This document shows positions 1 to 9,788 of a stretch of 64,000 bases of DNA, piece after piece (positions within the stretch are counted from its first letter, which is position 1; every line of letters starts with the position of its first letter). Under the pieces are notes generated by a model. The model made no database searches, was not told where the DNA came from, and was given only the letters and a program-made list of their open reading frames with translations. The translations under genes were made by a program, and so were the position numbers. Source of the stretch: Candidatus Aenigmatarchaeota archaeon (GTDB taxonomy: Archaea; Aenigmatarchaeota; Aenigmatarchaeia; CG10238-14; SCSR01); the NCBI GenBank assembly GCA_039090665.1, contig JAWCSL010000002.1, forward strand, positions 36,809-100,808, given 5' to 3'.

Positions 1-509
1 AAGCTCAAATCAGTTTCGTTGAGTTTTTAACTTCAATAACAATTTTTCTTGGTTTTACTGTATATATCGCTTTCCAAATTTCAACATTCATACCAAATTA
101 TCTCAATGAAATTAAAGCAGAAAGAATGAGATGTGAAGCTTTTCAACTTTCAGAATTATTGATAAATGATCCCGGAGATCCGGTAAATTGGTATCTCACT
201 AATTTTAACAATGTAAAAAGATTGGGTCTTTTGGATGAAACGAAAAACAGAACAAACTTTCTATCTGAAAATAAAATTTTGGCGTTTGAAGGAAATTGTT
301 CTAAAAACTATCAAGAAGTTAAGAGAAAATTGGAGTTAGACTATGATTTTTCCTTAATTCTAAAAGATGGAAAATCCGGAGAAATTAAGATTAATTGTTA
401 TCCAAGTGCTACAATCAAAAGATACACGAACACAACTATAAGGAGAATAGTTGCTTATGAAAAAAATGGTGAAATAAGTTATGGCGAAATGTTATTGCAA
501 GTTTGGTAA
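1..509 (+). CDS. Pilin-like protein with class III signal peptide (5'-partial)
   Basis: The frame of the 126..509 ORF is open to the window edge and reads (K)AQISFVEFLTSITIFLGFTVYIAF, a K-A-Q class III cleavage motif with an acidic residue and a hydrophobic helix. Confidence 0.7.
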   Translation, partial: AQISFVEFLTSITIFLGFTVYIAFQISTFIPNYLNEIKAERMRCEAFQLSELLINDPGDPVNWYLTNFNNVKRLGLLDETKNRTNFLSENKILAFEGNCSKNYQEVKRKLELDYDFSLILKDGKSGEIKINCYPSATIKRYTNTTIRRIVAYEKNGEISYGEMLLQVW

Positions 510-1785
510 AAAATCTCAAATTAACATTGTAGAATTAGTATTCGCGCTAGTAGCTTTATTCATAGCTTTCGGTGTTTTATTTCCAAGCTTTGGTTATAAA
601 AACAGATGGAAAGAGGCAAACATGATTTTAATTTCTAGAGATTTGATTTTGACTATGGATAGAATAGGGGAGTTGTACAATTATTCTTTTGACAAGAAAA
701 AACTAGAAAATTTCTTAAATACAATAATTACTGAAAAAAACTTGATTCCTTGGTCTGAAGTTGAAGGCACGAGCCCAAATGTTTTTGTTATAGCTTGTAA
801 TTGCACAGAAGAGGAAATTAATAAAATGAATTATTGGTTCAATCCCTTAACTTTAAATGGAAGAAGAATTTATTTGTTGTTTCAGAAATCGAATTTTGAA
901 GAAATTCCAACTGAAGCTGATGTCCTTTTGATTAAAGGTTATAAAAATCTCACAGGATTTTCTCAAAAATTCAAAAGTTATATAGCAAGAGGAATAGGAA
1001 TTGTTGAGATTATGGATTTCAATACTCCAGAAAAAGTAAACCAAGATGATACACAAACAAACATATTTGGATTATGGTGTACTGGAATTGAGACTGGACC
1101 TGCAGACTACATGATTTTTTCCAAACCAACTAGTGTAAAAAATTTAACATATTTTCCCTTCAAATACTTTTACCATGTTCCTATCATCTTGAATGCCTCA
1201 TCTTCTGAAGCTATAACTGGTTGCGGCTATCAGCCATCCGGAAAAGGTGTTTTTAATTTAGGAGGAAAAAACTATAATTTTTGGATTTGTGATGATAATT
1301 CTGTTTGGTTTGACATTGATGCGGATGGTACGAGAGATACATTAGTCAATTTGAGACAAAACTTTAAAATAAATGGGTTCAACTTCACTTTGAATTATAT
1401 TAATGACAATGCTACAATATCAATTTCGTTCAAACCCGAGTACATCTTCCCAGATTATCTTTCTTATGAAGAAAATGGAAACAAATACCTTCCGAAAATT
1501 TTGCCAATAGAAAGATCACTAGTTAGAGCAATAAAAGGTAGCGAAGAATTTCCAGCAGTAATTTTGAATTCTCCAAAAGTTGCTTGGATGTATGATATTG
1601 GAGATAACCCTACAGACGAAGAAAAAACTCTTTTGCTTTCTCTCTTGCTCTGGGCTTCTAGAAAAAAGTCTAGCATCCTAACATCAACAATAAAAACAGG
1701 TTTTTCAACTTCTTATGTAAATGTTCAAAATATTGATATGTTTGAAGTTTATAAATTCAGTTTAGGTTTGGCTCATCCCTATTGA
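481..1785 (+). CDS. Large minor-pilin/adhesin-like protein with class III signal peptide
   Basis: N-terminus KKSQINIVELVFALVALFIAFGVLF; 434-aa ORF overlapping the upstream pilin-like gene. Confidence 0.6.
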   Translation: MAKCYCKFGKKSQINIVELVFALVALFIAFGVLFPSFGYKNRWKEANMILISRDLILTMDRIGELYNYSFDKKKLENFLNTIITEKNLIPWSEVEGTSPNVFVIACNCTEEEINKMNYWFNPLTLNGRRIYLLFQKSNFEEIPTEADVLLIKGYKNLTGFSQKFKSYIARGIGIVEIMDFNTPEKVNQDDTQTNIFGLWCTGIETGPADYMIFSKPTSVKNLTYFPFKYFYHVPIILNASSSEAITGCGYQPSGKGVFNLGGKNYNFWICDDNSVWFDIDADGTRDTLVNLRQNFKINGFNFTLNYINDNATISISFKPEYIFPDYLSYEENGNKYLPKILPIERSLVRAIKGSEEFPAVILNSPKVAWMYDIGDNPTDEEKTLLLSLLLWASRKKSSILTSTIKTGFSTSYVNVQNIDMFEVYKFSLGLAHPY

Positions 1786-3654
1786 TTACTTCAACCTTAA
1801 GGTTTCCAGATTTCTTGGAACATTTGTTTCAATTCTGAAAAGTTTATGTATAGTTCGAGCAAGCTCTAAGGATTTTTGAGCCTCACCATGCCCAATTATA
1901 ACTCTATCTGGTCTTGATGCAAGCTTATGGATGAAAGCAAGCAATTGATTTTTGTCAGAGTGTCCACTTAAACCTTCTATGGTATGAACATTCATTTTCA
2001 TTTCAATTGAAATGTTTTTTCCTTCTTCATTTTTCACAGGAATTTCTCTCCACCCTTTTTGTATTCTTCTTCCAAGAGTTCCTTCACATTGATAACCAAC
2101 AAAAATCAATGTATTCCTTGGATCTTCGGCCAAAGCTTTTAAGTGTTCTATTGCAGGACCACCTATTAACATTCCGCTTGTAGAAATTATGACACATGGT
2201 CTTTCTTCCCAAGCTTTTTCTCTATCACTAGGTGAGGCAATTCTTTTGAAAATTGGGTTTAAGAATGGATTTTCTCCTGAGAAGATTTTCTTTTGTATGT
2301 TTCTTGAAAGATACTCTGGATAAGCAGTGAAAATCCCATTTGCATCCCAAATCATACCATCGATAAAAACAGGATATTGAAAATTCTTTTCAACTAAAAT
2401 TGCCATAACTTCTTGAGCTCTTTCGACAGAAAAAGAAGGAATTAAACAAATTCCCTTATTTTCCATAGTAGAATTTATTACACTCATTAATTGTTTTTCA
2501 GTCTCTAGTCTTGATGGCATGATATCTTTTTCACCACCGTAAGTTGATTCAATTATTAGTGTTTCAACTCTTTGGAAATTTGTAAAAGCAGGTTCTAGCA
2601 GAAGAGTTCTTCCAAATTTCTGATCTAAAGCATAGACGATGTTGTGAAGACCATCACCAATATGCAAATGAATTAATGCTGAGCCAAGGATGTGGCCAGC
2701 ATTTTGAAATGTTAATCTTACATCTGGCGCCACATCTGAAACTTCACCATATTCAAGAGAAATAGTGTGTTTAACAGCTTCTTTCACACCCTTTGCAGTG
2801 AAGAAAGGTGTCGTCATACTCTTTTGCATGACATCGATGTAGTCAAGCCAGAGCAAAGTTGCCAAATCAACAGTTGGGGTAGTCATGTAGATTGGGCCAT
2901 CATATCCGCGCTCAACAAGAGCTGGAACAAAGCCACAATGATCTAAATGGGCATGTGAAATAATTATAGCATCAAGTTCATTGTAGTCAAATTCTTTTGT
3001 GTTGAATATAGGATATTGATTTGCGTTTGAAGCACCAACAGAAACACCACAATCCAACAAAACTTTTGATTTTGGTGTTTCTACCAACAAACAACTTCTT
3101 CCAACTTCTCTAAAACCACCAAGCGCTATTACTCTGATCCAATCTCTGTTTGTGCTTCTTTCACTAAAAATTTTCTCTCCTATTTCATTCAAATATTTTT
3201 TTCTAAATTTACTTTCTGTATGTAAAACTTTTCTTATGCCATTTATCACATCAGATTTTATTGGAGGAACTCTTTCTATCCTTGGAGTCCAGAGAGTTTC
3301 AGCTTTAATTCTTCTGAAAGTTTCACCACCTTTACCAATCACAAGACCTGGTTTTTCGGCTGCTATGATGACCAAACTTCTTTCAGGCTCAAAGTATATT
3401 TCTTTTATTTTTGCATCTTCAGGTACTATTTCTTTTATTTTTTCTTTTGCTGCTTCTTCTTCCAGACAAAGGTCTTTTTCAAGCCTGACTTCAATTCTTT
3501 TTTTAATTTCACTGACTATTTGTTTCACTATTTCTTCACTTGTTTTGAAAAATTCTCTGTCTTTTGTGTAAACTATAATTTCACATCCTTCAAGTTCTAT
3601 TCTACTAGCTACACCTTTCGGTAAAAGACTCTCCACTCTTTTTAGAATTTCCAT
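1786..3654 (-). CDS. fttA: Beta-CASP ribonuclease aCPSF1 (transcription termination factor FttA)
   Basis: N-terminal KH region (KPGLVIGKGG), GGFREVGRSC, metallo-beta-lactamase motif SHAHLDH, AGHILGS and SGHSD; next to psmB, a typical archaeal gene order. Confidence 0.95.
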   Translation of the reverse strand: MEILKRVESLLPKGVASRIELEGCEIIVYTKDREFFKTSEEIVKQIVSEIKKRIEVRLEKDLCLEEEAAKEKIKEIVPEDAKIKEIYFEPERSLVIIAAEKPGLVIGKGGETFRRIKAETLWTPRIERVPPIKSDVINGIRKVLHTESKFRKKYLNEIGEKIFSERSTNRDWIRVIALGGFREVGRSCLLVETPKSKVLLDCGVSVGASNANQYPIFNTKEFDYNELDAIIISHAHLDHCGFVPALVERGYDGPIYMTTPTVDLATLLWLDYIDVMQKSMTTPFFTAKGVKEAVKHTISLEYGEVSDVAPDVRLTFQNAGHILGSALIHLHIGDGLHNIVYALDQKFGRTLLLEPAFTNFQRVETLIIESTYGGEKDIMPSRLETEKQLMSVINSTMENKGICLIPSFSVERAQEVMAILVEKNFQYPVFIDGMIWDANGIFTAYPEYLSRNIQKKIFSGENPFLNPIFKRIASPSDREKAWEERPCVIISTSGMLIGGPAIEHLKALAEDPRNTLIFVGYQCEGTLGRRIQKGWREIPVKNEEGKNISIEMKMNVHTIEGLSGHSDKNQLLAFIHKLASRPDRVIIGHGEAQKSLELARTIHKLFRIETNVPRNLETLRLK

Positions 3655-3668
3655 TTCAATCCCAAGTT

Positions 3669-4313
3669 TTACTTGTTTATATCTTCTAGAGATTCGTATC
3701 TTGTGATCTTAATTCCATCTTTTGTGATAACAGCAACATCAGCGCCTTTACCACCAGATGCTATATCACGCTCAACAGCAGCCTTTATTGCTCTCAAAGC
3801 AATTTTCTTTCCTTCTTCAACAGAGATGTTATCTCTATAACTATCTTCCAACACACCTAGAGCCATAGGCGATCCTGAGCCCGTAGAAAAAAATCTTTTT
3901 TCTTCTTCCCAGCCACCAACAGCATCTAAGCTGAAAATTCTAGGCCCAGTATCATCATATCCTGCTAAAATGAGTTGAACATAGTAAGGGAAAAACTTGC
4001 TTCCTTGTAGAATGTTTGCAAGCAGAGTACAAGCTCCTTTTACAGAAATTTTTCTCTGGTTTTGAATTTCAAAGAGCTTGAGCTCAGCTCTCATATATCT
4101 TGCTAAAGTTTGAGCATCTCCGCTTACACCAGCTATGGTCATTGCTATATGGTCAGCTATTGGTAAAATCTTTTCTGATTCTTTGCTTGCTATCAAGTAA
4201 CCCATAGTTGATTTTTTCTCTGCAGCTAGCACTACACCATCCTTGCAAATCAAGCCCACTGTAGTAGTACCGGTTTTCATCACTTCAGGCTTTTCTTCAT
4301 CTAATTTTGCCAA
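3669..4313 (-). CDS. psmB: Proteasome subunit beta
   Basis: Propeptide followed by KTG-TTTVG (catalytic Thr), GSGS and RDIASG motifs; GGTGA SD before a TTG start. Confidence 0.95.
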   Translation of the reverse strand: MAKLDEEKPEVMKTGTTTVGLICKDGVVLAAEKKSTMGYLIASKESEKILPIADHIAMTIAGVSGDAQTLARYMRAELKLFEIQNQRKISVKGACTLLANILQGSKFFPYYVQLILAGYDDTGPRIFSLDAVGGWEEEKRFFSTGSGSPMALGVLEDSYRDNISVEEGKKIALRAIKAAVERDIASGGKGADVAVITKDGIKITRYESLEDINK

Positions 4314-4408
4314 GTTATCACCAAGAAATTGGATAATTTTAATTATGCATTTAGTTTTAAATAGATTTCGGGTTAAAAAATAAATATTTACTTTAATAAA
4401 TAATTTAT

Positions 4409-7400
4409 ATGAAAAAATGGCTTGTCTTTATATTTTTAACATTATTTTTGCTACCTTCTGTAGGTTTTGCAGTTGATTGTGATTATGATTGTAGACATCG
4501 TGGTGGAATAGGAGAATGTACAGGTTGGGCATATTCTTCCTGTTCATCAGGTTATATAGAAGGAAAGGGAAGTTGTAAGGGTTGGTGGGTTTTTACACCA
4601 AAATGCTGTTGTCGACCTGTGATTACCGTATCACATTCACCGACTCAAGTAACTAATAAAGATAAAGTTACATATACTGCTAAACTCTTGGTTAGTATGC
4701 CCATAACACAATTATCAATTATAGTAAAAAGTGACGCTGGAAGCAGTATGAATTCTTGCACGTCTTCCGAGTGCTCTTTAACAGCCGGGCCATATAAGGC
4801 AGGCACTACTGTTATTTACCAAGCTATTGTAAATCCTGTAATGGGAGGTTCAATCTTTACAGAGGAAAAATCTTTCACAGTAGGGGCAACGAAAGAATGT
4901 GATCGTAATAAGTGGAGTGAATGTGTTGTAGACTGTAAAAACAAATGTGGGATTTTAAAAGGAACAGAGAGAAATGAATGTGGTGAAGAAAGAGGATGTA
5001 GTAAAGACTGTGGAAGCTGCCCATCTGGTTATGAATGTAGAAATAATAGATGTGAAAAGATTGGGGAAGAGGCTCCTATAACCACATGTGCTAGAAGCAA
5101 TCCTAGTATTAGCGTTAACCCTTCCTCTTATACAGCAACTGCAGGTACTGAAAAAGAATACGAAGTGACAGTTAAAAATAATAATCAGAATTGTAAGGAT
5201 AGTGTTTTTATCCTTGAAGCTTCTTGTCCACCAGGCTGGGATTGTTCTTGGTCTCCATCTTCACTTACAATATCTTCTGGATCGTCTGCAAAATCCACAC
5301 TAAAGGTTAGATCTTCTGCAAAAGAATCCCCAGGATTATTTAGAATAAAAATTGTTGTTTCAGACAAAGAGTCATCTGTTTATAGAGCATCAACTTATGT
5401 AGACTATATGGTTTTTTCAGGACAACAACCTTCCTTAGGAAGAGAAGAAGGAGAAGCCCTCTCAGTGACTACCACAATCCCATCTTGCCCAATCTGTTCC
5501 CAACCATCTCAACTCCCCTGTCAATGTGGTAATAGTAGAGTTGACTGTGCTTACGGCTATTGTTATTGTTCTGCCAAAGGCCAGGTTCATTACTCTATAC
5601 AGGATTGTGAAAAGGCTAGCAATTATCTAACCCTCTCTTTAAGCCCGAGCAAATCAACTTATGCTCCAAATGAAGAAATAACAGTCAACGTTGAGGGTTA
5701 TGCTTTTAACCAAATAGGTGGAATTTACATTTATGATGTTCAAGGATCTTCTACTTCGACAACCTATTGTGGAGAATTTCAAGCAGCAAATAGGCCGGTA
5801 AAATGTAGCCAAAAAATAAGCTTCCCTTCAGAAGCATCTAGGATTTGTGTGAAGGCAAAGATGCATGTTTACTACTACAACTATGATGTATACTCGAATG
5901 AAGTTTGCTTCCAAGTCAAAACCCCCACCCCAGATACTACCCCACCTTCTACCTATATCTCACCCAATGGCAATTCATGGACAAATAAAGATATTAGCTT
6001 CACTTTAAGTTGTAGCGACTCTAATTCAGGTTGCTCCGAAACAAGATATTCTATCATCGATTCAACTGACAATTGTCCTTACTATGAGAACTTAGCTAAT
6101 AAAGGAATGCAAGGCACAATTGCTTGTCCATCATCTCAAGTTTGTAAAAAAGTAGTTTGTTATGCAAGCAAAGACAATGCGGGCAACATTGAAGTAATAA
6201 GAAGAAGCAATATTTTCTACATAGACAAAATACCGCCCACAATTGACATAAAAATTTCAGAATCTTTACCAACAATCAATACTAGAGTTGCTTTCATTGC
6301 TACAGGAAGCGATGCAGATTCTGGAGTAGATTACATAGAAATATTTGTAGATGATATTTCACGCTATAAATGTGCTTCTACTTCGTGTACTTATTTGGGT
6401 GAGCCTTATCCAGTGGGAACTCACACATATTTTGGGGCAATTAAAGATAAAGCAGGGAATTATGTTCAAACGTCTAAAAAGACTTTTACAGTTATGCAAT
6501 CACCTCCTTGTACAGGCTCAATTTCCCTGAAATTATCACCAAATCCTGCTCAAACAAGCTCAAAAGTGACAGCCACAGTCTCAGGATTAGTTTACTGTGA
6601 TAATAGAGAAGTTAAAATTATTAAACCCGATAGAACAACACTTACTTGTAAAGTTTCAGGTTCAGGTTGTTCAGTAAGTTTTGACGCTCCTAGCACTGAA
6701 GGAGAATATGTTTATTATGCTGGAGTTGATATTAACGGAGATATGGATACTTCGGATGAAGGTGAGACTTCCTCTGCAGTTTTGAAGGTAAGTAAGCCAA
6801 CTCAAATCCCATCTTGCCCAATCTGTTCCCAACCATCTCAACTCCCCTGTCAATGTGGTAATAGTAGAGTTGACTGTGCTTACGGCTATTGTTATTGTTC
6901 TGCCAAAGGCCAGGTTCATTACTCTATACAGGATTGTGAAAAGGCTAGCAATTATCTAACCCTCTCTTTAAGCCCGAGCAAATCAACTTATGCTCCAAAT
7001 GAAGAAATAACAGTCAACGTTGAGGGTTATGCTTTTAACCAAATAGGTGGAATTTACATTTATGATGTTCAAGGATCTTCTACTTCGACAACCTATTGTG
7101 GAGAATTTCAAGCAGCAAATAGGCCGGTAAAATGTAGCCAAAAAATAAGCTTCCCTTCAGAAGCATCTAGGATTTGTGTGAAGGCAAAGATGCATGTTTA
7201 CTACTACAACTATGATGTATACTCGAATGAAGTTTGCTTCCAAGTCAAAACCCCCACCCCAGATACTACTCTTATTCAAACATCTCTTTCCCAATCAGTT
7301 TATCCGCCAAGCCCCCAACCCCAAGGCACCACAGTAATTTTTCTGTGTGACTATACTGCCAACAACCAAGATGTTACAGGGGCAACTTGTTATGTGAACA

Positions 7401-7837
7401 TAGATGGAAAATCCTATTCAACAACTTATGGACAATATGTAAGTGGTGGCTATTATGCTTATGGTTATTCCACATCTTCCCTTTCAGCAGGCACTCACTC
7501 TTGGTATTGCAGCTGCTCTAAATCAGGCTACCAAAGCCAAGTAGGAAGCACACAAAGTTACACAATTACCTCAGTCTCTACAACCACCACAACCTCACCG
7601 CCTTACACACCTTGTCCTTCAGGCTATAGCTGCGTTCCAAGCTACGGTGTTTCAAACTTTTGTCAAGGTTGTGGGTATAGTGGAATGAGGTGTGATTGTC
7701 AAGGTCAAACAAGAGCTTGCAATCAAAACGGTGACAACTACTGTTGCAGATGTGTCAGATATAGTTCTCAACCTGTGCCAGCCGGAATTTTAAGCAGCTT
7801 GTGGGACTTCATCAAAAGCATCTTTGGTATACAATAG
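4409..7837 (+). CDS. Large secreted Cys-rich, Ig-like multidomain surface protein
   Basis: Signal peptide MKKWLVFIFLTLFLLPSVGFA, many Cys clusters, NEW3/Ig-like segments (PPGWDCSWSPSSLTISSG; DTTPP...DNAGN), and a C-terminal amphipathic GILSSLWDFIKSIFGIQ. Confidence 0.8.
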   Translation: MKKWLVFIFLTLFLLPSVGFAVDCDYDCRHRGGIGECTGWAYSSCSSGYIEGKGSCKGWWVFTPKCCCRPVITVSHSPTQVTNKDKVTYTAKLLVSMPITQLSIIVKSDAGSSMNSCTSSECSLTAGPYKAGTTVIYQAIVNPVMGGSIFTEEKSFTVGATKECDRNKWSECVVDCKNKCGILKGTERNECGEERGCSKDCGSCPSGYECRNNRCEKIGEEAPITTCARSNPSISVNPSSYTATAGTEKEYEVTVKNNNQNCKDSVFILEASCPPGWDCSWSPSSLTISSGSSAKSTLKVRSSAKESPGLFRIKIVVSDKESSVYRASTYVDYMVFSGQQPSLGREEGEALSVTTTIPSCPICSQPSQLPCQCGNSRVDCAYGYCYCSAKGQVHYSIQDCEKASNYLTLSLSPSKSTYAPNEEITVNVEGYAFNQIGGIYIYDVQGSSTSTTYCGEFQAANRPVKCSQKISFPSEASRICVKAKMHVYYYNYDVYSNEVCFQVKTPTPDTTPPSTYISPNGNSWTNKDISFTLSCSDSNSGCSETRYSIIDSTDNCPYYENLANKGMQGTIACPSSQVCKKVVCYASKDNAGNIEVIRRSNIFYIDKIPPTIDIKISESLPTINTRVAFIATGSDADSGVDYIEIFVDDISRYKCASTSCTYLGEPYPVGTHTYFGAIKDKAGNYVQTSKKTFTVMQSPPCTGSISLKLSPNPAQTSSKVTATVSGLVYCDNREVKIIKPDRTTLTCKVSGSGCSVSFDAPSTEGEYVYYAGVDINGDMDTSDEGETSSAVLKVSKPTQIPSCPICSQPSQLPCQCGNSRVDCAYGYCYCSAKGQVHYSIQDCEKASNYLTLSLSPSKSTYAPNEEITVNVEGYAFNQIGGIYIYDVQGSSTSTTYCGEFQAANRPVKCSQKISFPSEASRICVKAKMHVYYYNYDVYSNEVCFQVKTPTPDTTLIQTSLSQSVYPPSPQPQGTTVIFLCDYTANNQDVTGATCYVNIDGKSYSTTYGQYVSGGYYAYGYSTSSLSAGTHSWYCSCSKSGYQSQVGSTQSYTITSVSTTTTTSPPYTPCPSGYSCVPSYGVSNFCQGCGYSGMRCDCQGQTRACNQNGDNYCCRCVRYSSQPVPAGILSSLWDFIKSIFGIQ
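5476..5940 (+). repeat. 465-bp direct repeat, copy 1 (in-frame, 155 codons)
   Basis: aatcccatcttgccc...cagatactac recurs at 6805-7269 (offset 1329); no mismatch seen by eye. Confidence 0.95.
6805..7269 (+). repeat. 465-bp direct repeat, copy 2
   Basis: Matches 5476-5940. Confidence 0.95.
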
Positions 7838-7870
7838 AACTTTTTATTTAGCCTAAAAATAAATTCAATT

Positions 7871-8309
7871 ATGGTCAAAGATCAAAAATCTCCCATTATT
7901 CTATTAATTCTGTTATTCTCATTTCTCGCTATAACATTTCTTTAAAAAACCAGAAATCTCTACAAAAGAAACAAGCACAACAACTTTACCACAATGCAGA
8001 TTTGATGAAGAAACACAAAAATGTGTAGGGTCTTGCGGTGAAGGCTTTGAGTGCAGAATTTCACCTCTGGCAGTTCTCCCACCTGTCTGTGAGTGCTTCC
8101 CAACTACTACCACAACAACACATGCTGAATTGCCTGCAAGCAAATACAGCGGAACTAATTCTCGCGTTTGTAGCTATGGTTTCAAGTATGATTGTTTGAT
8201 CTCCAAGTGTTGCTATTGGGATTCAAATCTCTCCAAATGCAAACCTAGACCTCGCTCAGATATAGAAACAAATTATTGCATAAGCTGTGGTTGTATTTTA
8301 TCTCAATAA
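7871..8309 (+). pseudogene. Frameshifted small membrane-anchored Cys-rich protein
   Basis: ATG at 7871 gives MVKDQKSPIILLILLFSFLAITFL* (TAA 7943-7945). The +1 frame continues KKPEISTKETSTTTLPQCRFDEETQKCVGSCGEGFEC...NYCISCGCILSQ* to 8309. Confidence 0.75.
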
Positions 8310-9748
8310 GATTTGGCCAAATAAACAACTTCCTTTGCTTCTTTCCCACAATAAATACAATTAGAAAATATTTTTTCTTTTTTGAATGGAATTATTCTGA
8401 TAGTTGCTCCAGTTTCTTCTTTTATTTTTTCTTCACAACTCTCTTCACCACACCAACACACTTTTAAAAAACCACCCTTTTCTTCCAGAATTTTTTTGAA
8501 TTCTTCATAGTCTTTTGGAGTGAAAGTGTTTTTCCTTAAAAACTCCTTTGCTTTCTTGAACAAGTTTTCTTGTATCTTTTCCATCAGCTCAAAGATTTTC
8601 TTAACAGTTTGCTTATCTTTCACAACAATTCTTTTAGACTCGTCTCTTCTGACAAGCGTCACTTGTTTTTTGCTCAAATCTTTTGGTCCAATCTCAACCC
8701 TTATAGGAACTCCTTTTAATTCCCATTCATTGAATTTCCAACCAGGAGTGTAAATTTCCCTATCATCTAGCAAAGCCGAAATACCAGCCTTTTTCAATTC
8801 CTCCAAAACTTCTTTAGCTTTTTTCAAAACTTTTCTTTTTTCCACTTCTTTATAAAATATAGGCACGATCACAACTTGAATAGGTGCAATTTTGGGTGGC
8901 AAAATTAAACCTTTATCATCTCCATGTACCATAACTAAAGCTCCAATTAAACGAGTAGAGATGCCCCAGCTAGTTTGCCAAACATAATTTTCTTTACCAT
9001 TCTTATCCATAAACTTTATTTTGAAAGCTTTTGAAAAATTTTGACCCAAATTGTGAGAAGTACCCATCTGTAAAGCTTTACCATCTGGCATAAGTGCTTC
9101 TAGGGTTGTGGTGTAGAGAGCCCCAGCAAACTTTTCTTTTTCACTCTTTTTTCCCACAAGCACGGGAATAGCTAAATATTTTTCCATGAGCTCTTGATAA
9201 AGTTTTAAAATCTTCATCACTTCTTCATCAGCTTCTTCTTTTGTTTTGTGAGCTGTATGACCTTCTTGCCATAAGAACTCACTTGTTCTTATAAAAGGTT
9301 TTGTTGATTTTATTTCGGCCCTTGTTATATTGCACCATTGATTCAAAAGAACAGGCAAATCTCTCCAGCTTCTTATCCATTTAGAATAAAAATGGTAAAT
9401 TATTGTTTCCGAGGTTGGTCTTATTGCAAGCCTTTCACCAAGCTTGTTATCTCCAGAATGTGTCACCCAAAAAACTTCTGGGACAAATCCTTTAAAATGT
9501 TCAGCTTCTTTCTTCAAGAAGCTTTCTGGTATTAGTAAAGGGAAGTAAGCATTTTTGTGTCCAGAGTCTTTCAACATTTTGTCAAAAATTTGATGAATTT
9601 TTTCCCATATTTCAAATCCATATTCTCTTATAGCCATCGTGCCTTGAACTGGACCATAATCAGCTAAGCCAGATTTCAAAACCACTTGAGAATACCATTC
9701 TGAAAAGTTCTCTGATTTTTTTACAGTAATTCCTTCTTGCTCACTCAT
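8303..9748 (-). CDS. proS: Prolyl-tRNA synthetase (archaeal/eukaryotic type)
   Basis: RPTSETI, FIRTSEFLWQEGHT, QMGTSHNLGQNF and WGISTRLIG motifs; ends in AKSY. Confidence 0.97.
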   Translation of the reverse strand: MSEQEGITVKKSENFSEWYSQVVLKSGLADYGPVQGTMAIREYGFEIWEKIHQIFDKMLKDSGHKNAYFPLLIPESFLKKEAEHFKGFVPEVFWVTHSGDNKLGERLAIRPTSETIIYHFYSKWIRSWRDLPVLLNQWCNITRAEIKSTKPFIRTSEFLWQEGHTAHKTKEEADEEVMKILKLYQELMEKYLAIPVLVGKKSEKEKFAGALYTTTLEALMPDGKALQMGTSHNLGQNFSKAFKIKFMDKNGKENYVWQTSWGISTRLIGALVMVHGDDKGLILPPKIAPIQVVIVPIFYKEVEKRKVLKKAKEVLEELKKAGISALLDDREIYTPGWKFNEWELKGVPIRVEIGPKDLSKKQVTLVRRDESKRIVVKDKQTVKKIFELMEKIQENLFKKAKEFLRKNTFTPKDYEEFKKILEEKGGFLKVCWCGEESCEEKIKEETGATIRIIPFKKEKIFSNCIYCGKEAKEVVYLAKSY

Positions 9749-9788
9749 ACTTAAAATTATTCTAACTTTTATATAAAATAAAATTGAT

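Noticed and set aside
3152..3571. Antisense ORFs in the track (e.g. 3152..3571, 24935..25384, 28276..28743, 52964..53449, 53703..54146, 62943..63419)
   Set aside because: They are shadows of well-supported genes on the opposite strand, Phe/Ser/Leu-rich and without motifs.
5476..7269. 465-bp repeats as DGR template/variable repeats or IS ends
   Set aside because: No adenine-specific mismatches were seen, there is no reverse transcriptase or transposase in the window, and both copies are in-frame coding.
7919..8143. Minus-strand 74-aa ORF with poly-Val
   Set aside because: Antisense of the Thr-rich linkers of the frameshifted plus-strand Cys-rich gene.
9749..9788. Search for a Pro leader peptide before proS
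   Set aside because: Only a 40-bp AT-rich divergent promoter region with no uORF.
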